Shown: positions 18,960-26,707 of the stretch, piece by piece
How positions within the stretch are numbered: the first letter of the stretch is position 1
How the letters are laid out: every line of letters begins with the position of its first letter
DNA from: Parcubacteria group bacterium Greene0714_7
GTDB taxonomy: Bacteria; Patescibacteriota; Minisyncoccia; Phycocordibacterales; Phycocordibacteraceae
Length of the DNA: 64,000 nucleotides
Assembly (NCBI GenBank): GCA_007378985.1
Contig: VMHB01000001.1
Span: 192,252 to 256,251 of the forward strand
Reading direction: 5' to 3'
The notes under the pieces: generated by a model
The model's database searches: none
Seen by the model: the letters and a program-made list of their open reading frames with translations, nothing else
What the model was told of the DNA's origin: nothing
Position numbers and translations under genes: made by a program

Positions 18960-19976
18960 CTAGTCAGTTTCAAAAAGCTCACTCAAAGATTCGCCATTAT
19001 TAAGGCGATTTATAGCATTGCCAAAAATTTCACCCACAGAAATAATTTCTATCTTTTGAGATAATGCTTGTGTTGGGAGAACGCTATCAGTTATGAATAT
19101 TTTTTTAACGGGCGAACGATCAATAGAGGCCATGGCATTTCCTGAAAGTATTCCGTGCGTTGCGGCAGCGTAGACTTCTTTTGCACCATTCTCCATAAGC
19201 AAAGCAGAGGCTTTTTCAAGAGTTCCGCAGGTATCAAACATGTCATCAATGATGAGTGCAATCTTTCCTTTTACATCACCGACAAGTTTCATGGCCGTTA
19301 CCTGATTTGGAATTTCTCGTTGCTTGTGAATAATTGCAAGATCCACATTTTTTGTTAGTCGTTTTGCGTATGATTGTGCACGACTTACACCGCCAACATC
19401 TGGGGAAACAACCACAAGCTCTTCTTTTGCTAATGCATCAGCAAAGAAGGATTGGAAGAAAGAAATAAATACAGGTCGTGCGTATAAATAATCAACATTT
19501 GTGTCTCTAAAGAATCCGCCGATGGCATCTGTATGTAAGTCCATTGCTAAAATTTTGTCAGTACCGAGCGTTTCAAGAAGCACCGCCACTACTCGAGCGG
19601 AAATTGGTTCACGAGGCTTTGCTTTCCTCTCCTGTCTGGCATATCCCATATACGGGAGTACGACTGTGATTTCCCTGGCAGATGCACCGCGTGCAGCTTC
19701 AACGGCGAGGAATAAGCGCATCCAATTTTCAGCAGGTGGGTTAGTGGACTGAACAAGAAATACACTCTTCCCACGAAGGTTCTCCATAAACTGCACATGC
19801 TGTTCGCCATCAGAGAATGTTTTCAGTTTTATTTTCCCCAAGGAGGTGCCGAGCTTTGATGCAATTTTTTCAGCAAGAGGGTCGTTCGAGCCGAGGCTGA
19901 AAATTGCGTAGTCCATCCGGTTGTGAGTTTTGGCGTCATGCCCGCAGTCGTCCGTAGAGATTGAAGTGTGCCCCAT
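18960..19976 (-). CDS. prs: Ribose-phosphate pyrophosphokinase
   Basis: PRPP synthetase motifs (FSDGE…, VVSPDVGGVSRA, PRPP-binding DDMFDTCGT). The start is probably the internal M of MDYAIF, around 19916. Confidence 0.9.
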   Translation of the reverse strand: MGHTSISTDDCGHDAKTHNRMDYAIFSLGSNDPLAEKIASKLGTSLGKIKLKTFSDGEQHVQFMENLRGKSVFLVQSTNPPAENWMRLFLAVEAARGASAREITVVLPYMGYARQERKAKPREPISARVVAVLLETLGTDKILAMDLHTDAIGGFFRDTNVDYLYARPVFISFFQSFFADALAKEELVVVSPDVGGVSRAQSYAKRLTKNVDLAIIHKQREIPNQVTAMKLVGDVKGKIALIIDDMFDTCGTLEKASALLMENGAKEVYAAATHGILSGNAMASIDRSPVKKIFITDSVLPTQALSQKIEIISVGEIFGNAINRLNNGESLSELFETD

Positions 19977-20180
19977 ATATTTAGATGAAGTGGACTATAC
20001 CACTGCCGTTATGGGCATAAAAGACCGCAACGCCAAAATCTACAACGGGATCCATTAGTGGGGAGTATATCAAGAACTGTGTCTAATGTGTAACATTTTC
20101 CTCCTTGCATGGGTTTATGTATTCAGCACTAGGATACATGCGTAAAGGAGTCCTGTGTCTTATACTGCTTTAATACACCA

Positions 20181-20609
20181 ATGATTAACGTAAACCAACT
20201 CACTGAGGCTTCAGAGCAAAACATACAGGAACTAGAGCTTCTCTCGGGTATGTTGCATGGCGATGAACGAAAATCATCGGCAGACGAAATTGCCCGTATA
20301 CTCAGTAACCCCTCTGTTATTTTTGTTGTTGCAAAAGATGGGGAACGTATTATTGGGATGGGTGCGCTCTATATACATCAGAAAGTTGGTAAAATAGGGT
20401 CATATATAGAAGATGTCATTGTTGATAGTGCGTACCGTGGGAAAGGATTAGGTAAAGAAATAGTACAAGCTCTCATTGATGGAGCACGCGAGCGGGGGGT
20501 AGTATCAGTTTCACTTACCTCACGACCAGAAAGAATTGCAGCGCATACTTTGTATGAAAAACTTGGTTTTAAAAAATATGACACAAATGTTTTTAGAATT
20601 ACCCTCTAA
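20181..20609 (+). CDS. GNAT family N-acetyltransferase
   Basis: Acetyl-CoA-binding motif A region RGKGLGKEIVQALIDGARERG in a 142-aa protein. Confidence 0.8.
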   Translation: MINVNQLTEASEQNIQELELLSGMLHGDERKSSADEIARILSNPSVIFVVAKDGERIIGMGALYIHQKVGKIGSYIEDVIVDSAYRGKGLGKEIVQALIDGARERGVVSVSLTSRPERIAAHTLYEKLGFKKYDTNVFRITL

Positions 20610-20621
20610 TAGATAGCTCTA

Positions 20622-21767
20622 ATGTCACGGGTAAAAATTACGGAGTATAGAGCTAAGAAACTTATACTTGGGGACGCATATGCGGGTCGTTCCTTGTCGG
20701 GTATTTCTGATGTTGGGTTTACGAAACCCAACATGGTGGTGAAGGTTGATCAAGGGATTAAGAAGCGTTTTAAGCAGGGGCTTGTTGCGGTCAATGTTTC
20801 TTCAAAGGAGGCAGGGCAGAAAGTAAGGGAATGGGAAAAGCGAGGTTTTTCTCATTTTCTTGTTGAGCCGTATGTATCGCATGAGGAGTCTGAAGAGCAG
20901 TACCTTTTTTTAGAGCGGGTACGCACGGGGATACGAGTTCTACATGCTTCTTCGGGTGGTATTGATATCGAGGCACACCCAGAACTAGTGAAAACATATC
21001 TCATAAACCCGGCACTATCATATATGGTAGTGCCGGGCATCCCAGAAAAATTCTTGAAACATCTTGTGGAGGTGTTTGAAAAAAACTTTTTCTCTTTTCT
21101 TGAAATTAATCCACTTGTTGTTCGGGGAGATGAGGTATATATCCTCGATGCAGCGGTGCTCGTCGACAGCGCGGGAATATTTTTCGTCAAAAATGGATGG
21201 AACGAAGAAGACGTTGTTGAGGGAAAGGTACGACATATTGCTGAAGAAAAAGTACAGGCACTTCAAAAAACTACCCCTGCCTCCCTGAAACTCACCATTT
21301 TGCACCCTGATGGAGGTTTGTTTTTTCTGCTTTCAGGTGGTGGTGGAAGTATTGTTATTGCAGATGAGGCAGAACTTAATGGTGTGGGTCGCTCCATTGG
21401 TAATTATGGAGAATATAGCGGTGGTCCAACTCGAGAAGAAACACATCTCTACGCACGAGAGGTGATTCAGCTATTACTTAATTCACCTGCAAAGAAGAAG
21501 GCGCTCGTGATTGCTGGAGGTATTGCAAATTTTACTGATGTTAAGTCAACATTTAAGGGTATTGTTGATGCCTTGTCAGAGTGCGCGAGCACTCTTCGAG
21601 GAAAAGGTGTAAAAGTATTTGTGCGTCGTGGCGGACCGAATGAAATTGAAGGGCTTCTTTTTATGGAAGAGTATTTAAAAAAAGAAAAATTATTTGGTTC
21701 AGTGTATGGTTCTGGTGCAGTAATTACGAGTGCAGTTGATGATGCCATTGCATTTATAAAAAAATGA
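20622..21767 (+). CDS. aclB: ATP-citrate lyase beta (ATP-grasp) subunit
   Basis: Block-by-block match to the N-terminal half of ATP-citrate lyase (MVVKVDQGIKKRFKQGLVAVN; LEINPLVV…VYILDAAVLVDS; SLKLTILHPDGG…GGGGSIV…NYGEYSGGP; IAGGIANFTDVKSTFKGIV; VFVRRGGPN). Confidence 0.85.
   Translation: MSRVKITEYRAKKLILGDAYAGRSLSGISDVGFTKPNMVVKVDQGIKKRFKQGLVAVNVSSKEAGQKVREWEKRGFSHFLVEPYVSHEESEEQYLFLERVRTGIRVLHASSGGIDIEAHPELVKTYLINPALSYMVVPGIPEKFLKHLVEVFEKNFFSFLEINPLVVRGDEVYILDAAVLVDSAGIFFVKNGWNEEDVVEGKVRHIAEEKVQALQKTTPASLKLTILHPDGGLFFLLSGGGGSIVIADEAELNGVGRSIGNYGEYSGGPTREETHLYAREVIQLLLNSPAKKKALVIAGGIANFTDVKSTFKGIVDALSECASTLRGKGVKVFVRRGGPNEIEGLLFMEEYLKKEKLFGSVYGSGAVITSAVDDAIAFIKK
21007..21036. promoter_or_regulatory. 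Near-palindrome cccggCACTATCATATATGGTAGTGccggg inside aclB, resembling the yerC-associated operator motif
   Basis: Shares CACTATCATATATG with the 6319/6794 sites and ATATGG with the 52354/52877 sites. One mismatch from a perfect palindrome. Confidence 0.3.
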
Positions 21768-21813
21768 ACCCCGTTAGAAATACCACCTGCACAGATTTCT
21801 AAAATATTTATAT

Positions 21814-23652
21814 ATGAAAAAGCGCATTGATAAAATTTCTAACGGGGTGAACATACTTGAATTAACACGGAGTGGAAGAGCAAGAGTTCTCGTCATAGGG
21901 AATCATTCAGGCATTATTCAGTCAATGCTCGATTTTGATTTTCTTTCAGGCAAGGAAATTCCTTCTGTATTGGGGATAGTTGCAGGGAATCGTAAGGCAG
22001 AAAAATATTTTTTTGGGACTAAAGAAATTTTGTTGCCATGCTATAAGAATATTCAAATTGCTTCGGAGGCCTTAGGTTCAAAGGTCGACTGGATGCTTAA
22101 TCTTCAGTCGGGACGGCGTACATTTGAATCAACGGTTTCCTTTTTTGATTTTTTCCCAAAATCGCTTGGGGCACACATATTTGCAGAAAATGTTCCAGAA
22201 AGTCACGCAACTGAGCTCATTTCTCGTTTTGGTAAGAAGTATTTTATCGTAGGGCCTTCAGGAGTTGGATTGTTGATACCAGGCGCTTTGAAGCTTGGCG
22301 CCATTGGTGGTGTTGATGCGGTTCAAATTAAATCTGGAGCACTGACAAACGCTGGAAATATTGCGGTTGGTTCAACTTCTGGAGGAATGACTAATGAGCT
22401 GATTCATGCAGTTGCGCGTGCTGGGAAAAGACTCTCGTTTGCAATAGCTATTGGCGGAGACAGGTTTCCTGTAGTTTCTTTGACGCAGATATTTGCGCTT
22501 GCTGAAGCAGATTCTCAAACAGAAGGATTTGTATATTTTGGAGAGCTTGGCGGTGTAGATGAATATGAAATTATTGAGCTCATTAAGGCAAAAAAGTTCA
22601 CCAAACCTCTTGTTGCGTATATTGCGGGAATTATAGATGAAGCATTTGATGAACATGTACAATTTGGGCATGCAAAGGCATTGGTGCAGACAATGGATGA
22701 AAGTGCTCGTGCAAAGCGTGAGGCACTTCGCGAGGCTGGTGTTATTGCTCCTGATACATTTCCTCAGTTTCTTGATGCGCTTCAAAAACTTCCCGGAGGC
22801 GCGTATACTGCTGAGGAAATGGATATAGAGCCGCTTCAAGGACGACAGAAAAGTATTCTTTCGACGAGAAAGGTTTCAGACATAGATGAAGGTCGTATTT
22901 TTGTAAAAGGAAAAAAACTTTCGAAAGGCAAAGAAAATGCATTTGTGGACGCTACGTTAGTTGCACTTCTTGGAAAGCCTGTACAGTCTCCAATAACACG
23001 AGCCTTTACCGAAGCTGTGTTTGAAATGCTTATAGACCACGGAGGAAATGTTTCAGGGGCAGTAAATACCATGATTACCGCTCGTGCTGGTAAAGATCTT
23101 GTTTCATCCCTTGCCTCAGGCCTTCTCACTGTTGGTCCCCGTTTTGGTGGAGCAATAAACGAAGCAGCTCGTTTGTGGATTTCGGGTGTTGTATCGCAAA
23201 AAACAGGTTTGGAATTTGTAGCTGAAAAAGCAAAGGCAGGTGAGTTGATTTTAGGCATTGGGCACAAGAAATACCGCGTTGGGCTCCCAGATCCTCGAGT
23301 GAAAGCTCTTGCTGAATTTGCAACGCTTCTTAAAGTACATCCACATTATGATTTCGCACGGAGCGTAGAGAAAGCAACAACTTCAAAAAACGGGAAATTG
23401 ATTTTAAATATCGACGGCGCTATTGCAGCGTTACTCTTAGACATCTTGAGTGAATGCGAAGGGATGAGTCAGCGCGAACTTCAAGAGCTTGCTGATGCTG
23501 AATTCTTTAATGCATTTTTTGTTATTCCTCGCTCTGTAGGTTTCATTGCACATTTCATGGAACAAAAGAAAAATGATGAAGGTTTGTTTCGTCTTCCTGA
23601 TGAACTACTGTTTGTGAGAGCAGAGACTCCAAAGAAAACTAAGAAGAAATAA
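21814..23652 (+). CDS. aclA: ATP-citrate lyase alpha subunit (CoA-binding/phosphohistidine domain + citrate-synthase-like domain)
   Basis: SucD-like part with VQFGHAKA (phospho-His loop). C-terminal part matches the ACL citryl-CoA lyase domain (HGGNVSGAVNTMITARAGKDLVSSLASGLLTVGPRFGGA; GIGHKKYRV…DPRV; VEKATTSKNGKLILNIDG). Confidence 0.85.
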   Translation: MKKRIDKISNGVNILELTRSGRARVLVIGNHSGIIQSMLDFDFLSGKEIPSVLGIVAGNRKAEKYFFGTKEILLPCYKNIQIASEALGSKVDWMLNLQSGRRTFESTVSFFDFFPKSLGAHIFAENVPESHATELISRFGKKYFIVGPSGVGLLIPGALKLGAIGGVDAVQIKSGALTNAGNIAVGSTSGGMTNELIHAVARAGKRLSFAIAIGGDRFPVVSLTQIFALAEADSQTEGFVYFGELGGVDEYEIIELIKAKKFTKPLVAYIAGIIDEAFDEHVQFGHAKALVQTMDESARAKREALREAGVIAPDTFPQFLDALQKLPGGAYTAEEMDIEPLQGRQKSILSTRKVSDIDEGRIFVKGKKLSKGKENAFVDATLVALLGKPVQSPITRAFTEAVFEMLIDHGGNVSGAVNTMITARAGKDLVSSLASGLLTVGPRFGGAINEAARLWISGVVSQKTGLEFVAEKAKAGELILGIGHKKYRVGLPDPRVKALAEFATLLKVHPHYDFARSVEKATTSKNGKLILNIDGAIAALLLDILSECEGMSQRELQELADAEFFNAFFVIPRSVGFIAHFMEQKKNDEGLFRLPDELLFVRAETPKKTKKK

Positions 23653-23702
23653 TTCCTGTTCCGTAGCCACTTGTTCTGAGTTATTATTGTCCCTACAGTA
23701 TC

Positions 23703-23775
23703 GGGCGGTTAGCTCAGTTGGTAGAGCGTTCCCTTCACACGGGAGAGGTCACAGGTTCGAATCCTGTACCGCCCA
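23703..23775 (+). tRNA. tRNA-Val (anticodon CAC)
   Basis: GGGCGGTTAGCTCAGTTGGTAGAGCGTTCCCTTCACACGGGAGAGGTCACAGGTTCGAATCCTGTACCGCCCA is a canonical cloverleaf with anticodon loop TTCACAC. Confidence 0.85.
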
Positions 23776-23798
23776 CACATGATTTATTATTGTTAGTT

Positions 23799-23869
23799 CG
23801 GGGCGGAGTATGCCGGTAGTACATACGATTCGGGTTCGTATAGACCGAGTTCGATTCTCGGCGCCCCGA
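23799..23869 (+). tRNA. tRNA-Pro (anticodon CGG)
   Basis: CGGGGCG acceptor (C1:G72, A73, typical of bacterial tRNA-Pro), a 3-bp D-stem, anticodon arm TACGA-TTCGGGT-TCGTA (CGG, G37) and T-arm CCGAG-TTCGATT-CTCGG. Confidence 0.7.
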
Positions 23870-24004
23870 CTGAACAAAGTGAAGGAGGAAGAACAGACCG
23901 ACTGCTCGGTCTGTGTCCGGAATCGAAAGTCGGAGTCATGCCGTTAGGCAGACGAGACCGGGTAGAAACCACTTAGCGAGTCCTCGAGCGGAGTTCGTTG
24001 ACGC

Positions 24005-24023
24005 CGATTCTCGGCGCCCCGAC
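24005..24023 (+). repeat. 19-nt direct repeat of the tRNA-Pro 3' end (cgattctcggcgccccgac), ~135 bp downstream of the tRNA
   Basis: Exact copy of 23852-23870. This att-site-like arrangement is typical of integrase-mediated insertion/excision at a tRNA 3' end. Confidence 0.6.
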
Positions 24024-24126
24024 CATAGAGGTCAAATATATTTTTTATTCATGGGCCTATAAGCAAAGCTTTTAGGCTCCTCTCTCGAAAAAAGTAGACA
24101 TACATGCCATACTTTCTTTCTCGTTC

Positions 24127-24197
24127 GGGCCTATAGTCTAGTGGTACGACGCTACATTCGCATTGTAGAGGCGCGAGTTCGATTCTCGCTAGGTCCA
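24127..24197 (+). tRNA. tRNA-Ala (anticodon CGC)
   Basis: GGGCCTATAGTCTAGTGGTACGACGCTACATTCGCATTGTAGAGGCGCGAGTTCGATTCTCGCTAGGTCCA with G3:U70, anticodon loop TTCGCAT and a standard T-arm. Confidence 0.8.
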
Positions 24198-24207
24198 CAG
24201 AAACAAG

Positions 24208-24257
24208 GATCTCCCTCCGAAGGAGAAAATCCAGGTTCGACTCCTGGTGAGAGCACC
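24208..24257 (+). pseudogene. Orphan tRNA 3' half (anticodon arm with CCG, T-arm, 3' acceptor strand) lacking the 5' acceptor and D-arm
   Basis: TCTCC-CTCCGAA-GGAGA anticodon arm, CCAGG-TTCGACT-CCTGG T-arm and TGAGAGC-A-CC 3' end. No complementary GCTCTCA 5' strand upstream. Confidence 0.5.
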
Positions 24258-24323
24258 TTTCGACTCCATGACTCACTCAGAGCAAGCACCCGTGGACTAT
24301 TTTTCTAAACACTACAAAAGAGC

Positions 24324-24365
24324 CAGTATAGTATAAGTTAACGACCGTTAAATTATACTATACTG
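24324..24365. repeat. Palindromic element of the TGTATAGTATAA family (copy 1)
   Basis: cagtatagtataagttaacgaccgttaaattatactatactg: 13-nt perfect outer arms around a taacgaccgttaa core. Confidence 0.6.
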
Positions 24366-24409
24366 ATTGAAACTGCTTTTATTTTAGAATTAATTTTTTA
24401 CTCAATTTT

Positions 24410-24721
24410 TTATTTGGCCTTTTTTAAAAATTTGACGCTCAAAGGTGAAATGTTTGGATAGAGGCGTGCTAATTCTGTCGGGTCAGATTTATACGGTGTG
24501 AATGCTTCAATAGTTGCATCTGATGCGGTGCCTGGTCCAAGCCATACAGTATCCCCACCTTCATCAGTATGTCTTTCAATGTGAAATACTCGGTAGACAA
24601 TGCCGGGGAAAAAATGAGGAGCAAGAGAAATAAAGTCTTGCGCTGAGAGGGCTCGTAGTTTCACCCGATCTCCTTTTTGAAGAAAGAGATGTTCAGGTTT
24701 TCGGTGGTCTTTTTCTGACAT
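24410..24721 (-). CDS. Hypothetical protein (103 aa)
   Basis: ORF bracketed by two copies of the palindromic element. No recognised motif. Confidence 0.45.
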   Translation of the reverse strand: MSEKDHRKPEHLFLQKGDRVKLRALSAQDFISLAPHFFPGIVYRVFHIERHTDEGGDTVWLGPGTASDATIEAFTPYKSDPTELARLYPNISPLSVKFLKKAK

Positions 24722-24797
24722 AGATGCCGTTTATTATATCATTTTGATTTTTTAACTCTTCAGTAATGTAATTTTTAAGTATTATTAACCAATTGCC

Positions 24798-24837
24798 TGT
24801 ATAGTATAATTTAACGACCGTTAAATTATACTATACA
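24798..24837. repeat. Palindromic element of the TGTATAGTATAA family (copy 2), between divergent genes
   Basis: tgtatagtataatttaacgaccgttaaattatactataca: perfect 19-nt arms with the same taacgaccgttaa core as copy 1. Confidence 0.6.
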
Positions 24838-24876
24838 CCTTAATACTACTTAGCTTAGGCGGTATATAATAAAAAA

Positions 24877-25455
24877 ATGAAAGACCGATCGTACAGAAAA
24901 CCTCTGATGCCTGAAAATGCGAAGCGTGTTTTTGAAGGTGAGATTTTTGACATGTATCAGTGGGAACAAGAGCTCTACGATGGAACTTCTGCAACTTTTG
25001 AAAAAGGTTCTCGTCCCGACACTGCTATCGTGTTTCCAATTACTGAGACTGGAGAGATTCTTATAATCGAAGATTCACAACCTCATAGAGAAACTGTTTT
25101 GACTTCAGTGAGTGGGCGAATAGAGTCAGGCGAGACTCCCGAAGAAGGAGCGAGACGGGAACTCTTGGAAGAGACAGGCTATGAAGCAAATACATGGGAA
25201 TCTTTTTACACCAGTACACCAGTAGAGAAACTCGATTGGGTTAATTATGTTTTTATTGCAAAAGGATGCAAGAAAATAAAAGACGCCAAGCCTGACGCAG
25301 GAGAAAAAATAGTTATCCGTTCGGTCACGTTTGATGAACTTATTTTACTTGCTTCAGAAGGGAAGTTACGAGGAAAGGATTTCAGCATCATGGTGCTTCA
25401 GGCGATGCTGAATCCTGAAAAAATGAAAGATTTACGAAAGAAGTTTACGCCCTAG
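24877..25455 (+). CDS. NUDIX hydrolase
   Basis: Nudix box GRIESGETPEEGARRELLEETG. Confidence 0.85.
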   Translation: MKDRSYRKPLMPENAKRVFEGEIFDMYQWEQELYDGTSATFEKGSRPDTAIVFPITETGEILIIEDSQPHRETVLTSVSGRIESGETPEEGARRELLEETGYEANTWESFYTSTPVEKLDWVNYVFIAKGCKKIKDAKPDAGEKIVIRSVTFDELILLASEGKLRGKDFSIMVLQAMLNPEKMKDLRKKFTP

Positions 25456-25484
25456 TAGAAATTCGCTTTATTTTATAAATATTT

Positions 25485-25988
25485 TCACCACACCCATTTT
25501 ACTGATACAAAAGCAATTGCGAGAACACTAAGAAGTGTGATTCCTTGTAGTGCCATTAATATATATTTATGTGAACGTGCGACATGTGATTTTCTTTTAA
25601 GATATGCACGCCAACCTTGATGAATTAAAATTATATTCCCAGTTAGTGCAAAAATAAGTATTAATGCAGAGGTGTTGGTGGTGAACGCTAATGCGTCAAA
25701 CCCGTAGAGAGCTACACTCGCCCCCACTCCAACAAATAGTATGTCCAGTAGTGCATTTTCTGCATCCTCTACGAGGCCAGCCCCAAACTCAAGAGCTTCG
25801 TAGAGTACTGCTCCACCAGTGATTGCTATAAAAGCGTAGAGAGTGGACACCTCTAGAAACCACGCGAATGCTCCGAATGTTAATCCAGAAAATAGGTGCA
25901 CGAGCGACCAGAAATCAGCATAGCGACCATGCGCCCACCCGAAGTTTACGAGTTTTGAAGCTGTGCGTTCAAAGTTTAATTTCAGCAT
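25485..25988 (-). CDS. Hypothetical integral membrane protein
   Basis: Multiple hydrophobic helices. Start assumed at the internal M (MLKLNF…) to avoid overlap with the divergent gene; the six-frame ORF extends to 26156. Confidence 0.45.
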   Translation of the reverse strand: MLKLNFERTASKLVNFGWAHGRYADFWSLVHLFSGLTFGAFAWFLEVSTLYAFIAITGGAVLYEALEFGAGLVEDAENALLDILFVGVGASVALYGFDALAFTTNTSALILIFALTGNIILIHQGWRAYLKRKSHVARSHKYILMALQGITLLSVLAIAFVSVKWVW

Positions 25989-26061
25989 CTTCTCCCTAGT
26001 ATACCTTTCCATCTTAAAATATCGTGGTATTCTTTGCGCGTATTCTAAAGAAGAAATACCT

Positions 26062-26580
26062 ATGGACGAAAAACAATTGAACGGGGAGATACGCACTGAA
26101 AAGACTCCACGCACGGTGTATTTTTTTGAGTACCTGACGCGTTGGACGGGTTCCATCCCATCATTGATTGTTCACACAATTCTTTTCGGTGGTGCTTTTG
26201 CTCTTGGGTTCTTTCATGTAGCTCCGTGGGATTCTGTGCTTTTGGTATTGACGACATTAGTTTCTTTAGAAGCAATCTATCTTTCTTTGCTCATACAAAT
26301 GACTGTCAATAGACACTCAGAAAGCTTGAAGGAGGTTGGAGAAGACGTTGAGGGGATTCAGGAAGACATTGAAGAAATTACCGAAGACGTTGAGGGAATT
26401 CAGGAAGACATTGAAGAAATTACCGAAGACGTTGAGGGAATTCAGGAGGATGTTGAAGAAATGACCGAAGAAGATGCTGAAGACGCAGAATTAGAAAAGC
26501 GTCATCTCGTGAGCCTAGAGCAGTTAACAAAAGATGTACAACGGGTTTTACAGGACTTGGAGAAATTCAAGAAACAGTGA
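26062..26580 (+). CDS. Membrane protein (DUF1003-like) with acidic tandem-repeat C-terminus
   Basis: Two TM helices then (EDVEGIQEDIEEIT)x3 and a coiled-coil tail. Start assumed at MDEKQ. Confidence 0.55.
   Translation: MDEKQLNGEIRTEKTPRTVYFFEYLTRWTGSIPSLIVHTILFGGAFALGFFHVAPWDSVLLVLTTLVSLEAIYLSLLIQMTVNRHSESLKEVGEDVEGIQEDIEEITEDVEGIQEDIEEITEDVEGIQEDVEEMTEEDAEDAELEKRHLVSLEQLTKDVQRVLQDLEKFKKQ
26341..26466 (+). repeat. 3 x 42-bp near-perfect tandem repeat (in-frame, inside the CDS)
   Basis: gaagacgttgagggRattcaggaagacattgaagaaattacc repeated three times with 1-5 substitutions, plus a partial fourth unit. Confidence 0.9.
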
Positions 26581-26707
26581 GCTATAGATTAGTGTATAGC
26601 GTTTAGTGGTTAGGGGAATTCAATTCAAGAAAACTAAACCCTAAACGCTAGACCCTAAACCCTATTTAAGCTAGCCCCGAGAGGTTCGAAGTGTTAAAGT
26701 ATTTGCG

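Noticed and set aside
23870-24005. SRP (4.5S) RNA, because of a GTCCGGAA string
   Set aside because: It lacks the conserved domain-IV GGAA…AGCAGCC motif and the closing-helix geometry.
23799-24030. tmRNA (ssrA), because of the GGGGCGG start, a T-arm-like GAGTTCGATTCTCGG and a repeated 3' end
   Set aside because: The first 71 nt fold as a complete tRNA-Pro(CGG) with an anticodon arm. No tag reading frame (…AA-stop), pseudoknots or terminal CCA-adjacent T-arm were found. The repeat is better explained as an att-type duplication.
24049-24276. 75-aa minus-strand ORF
   Set aside because: It overlaps tRNA-Ala(CGC) and the tRNA fragment, so it is an artefact of the stable tRNA sequence.
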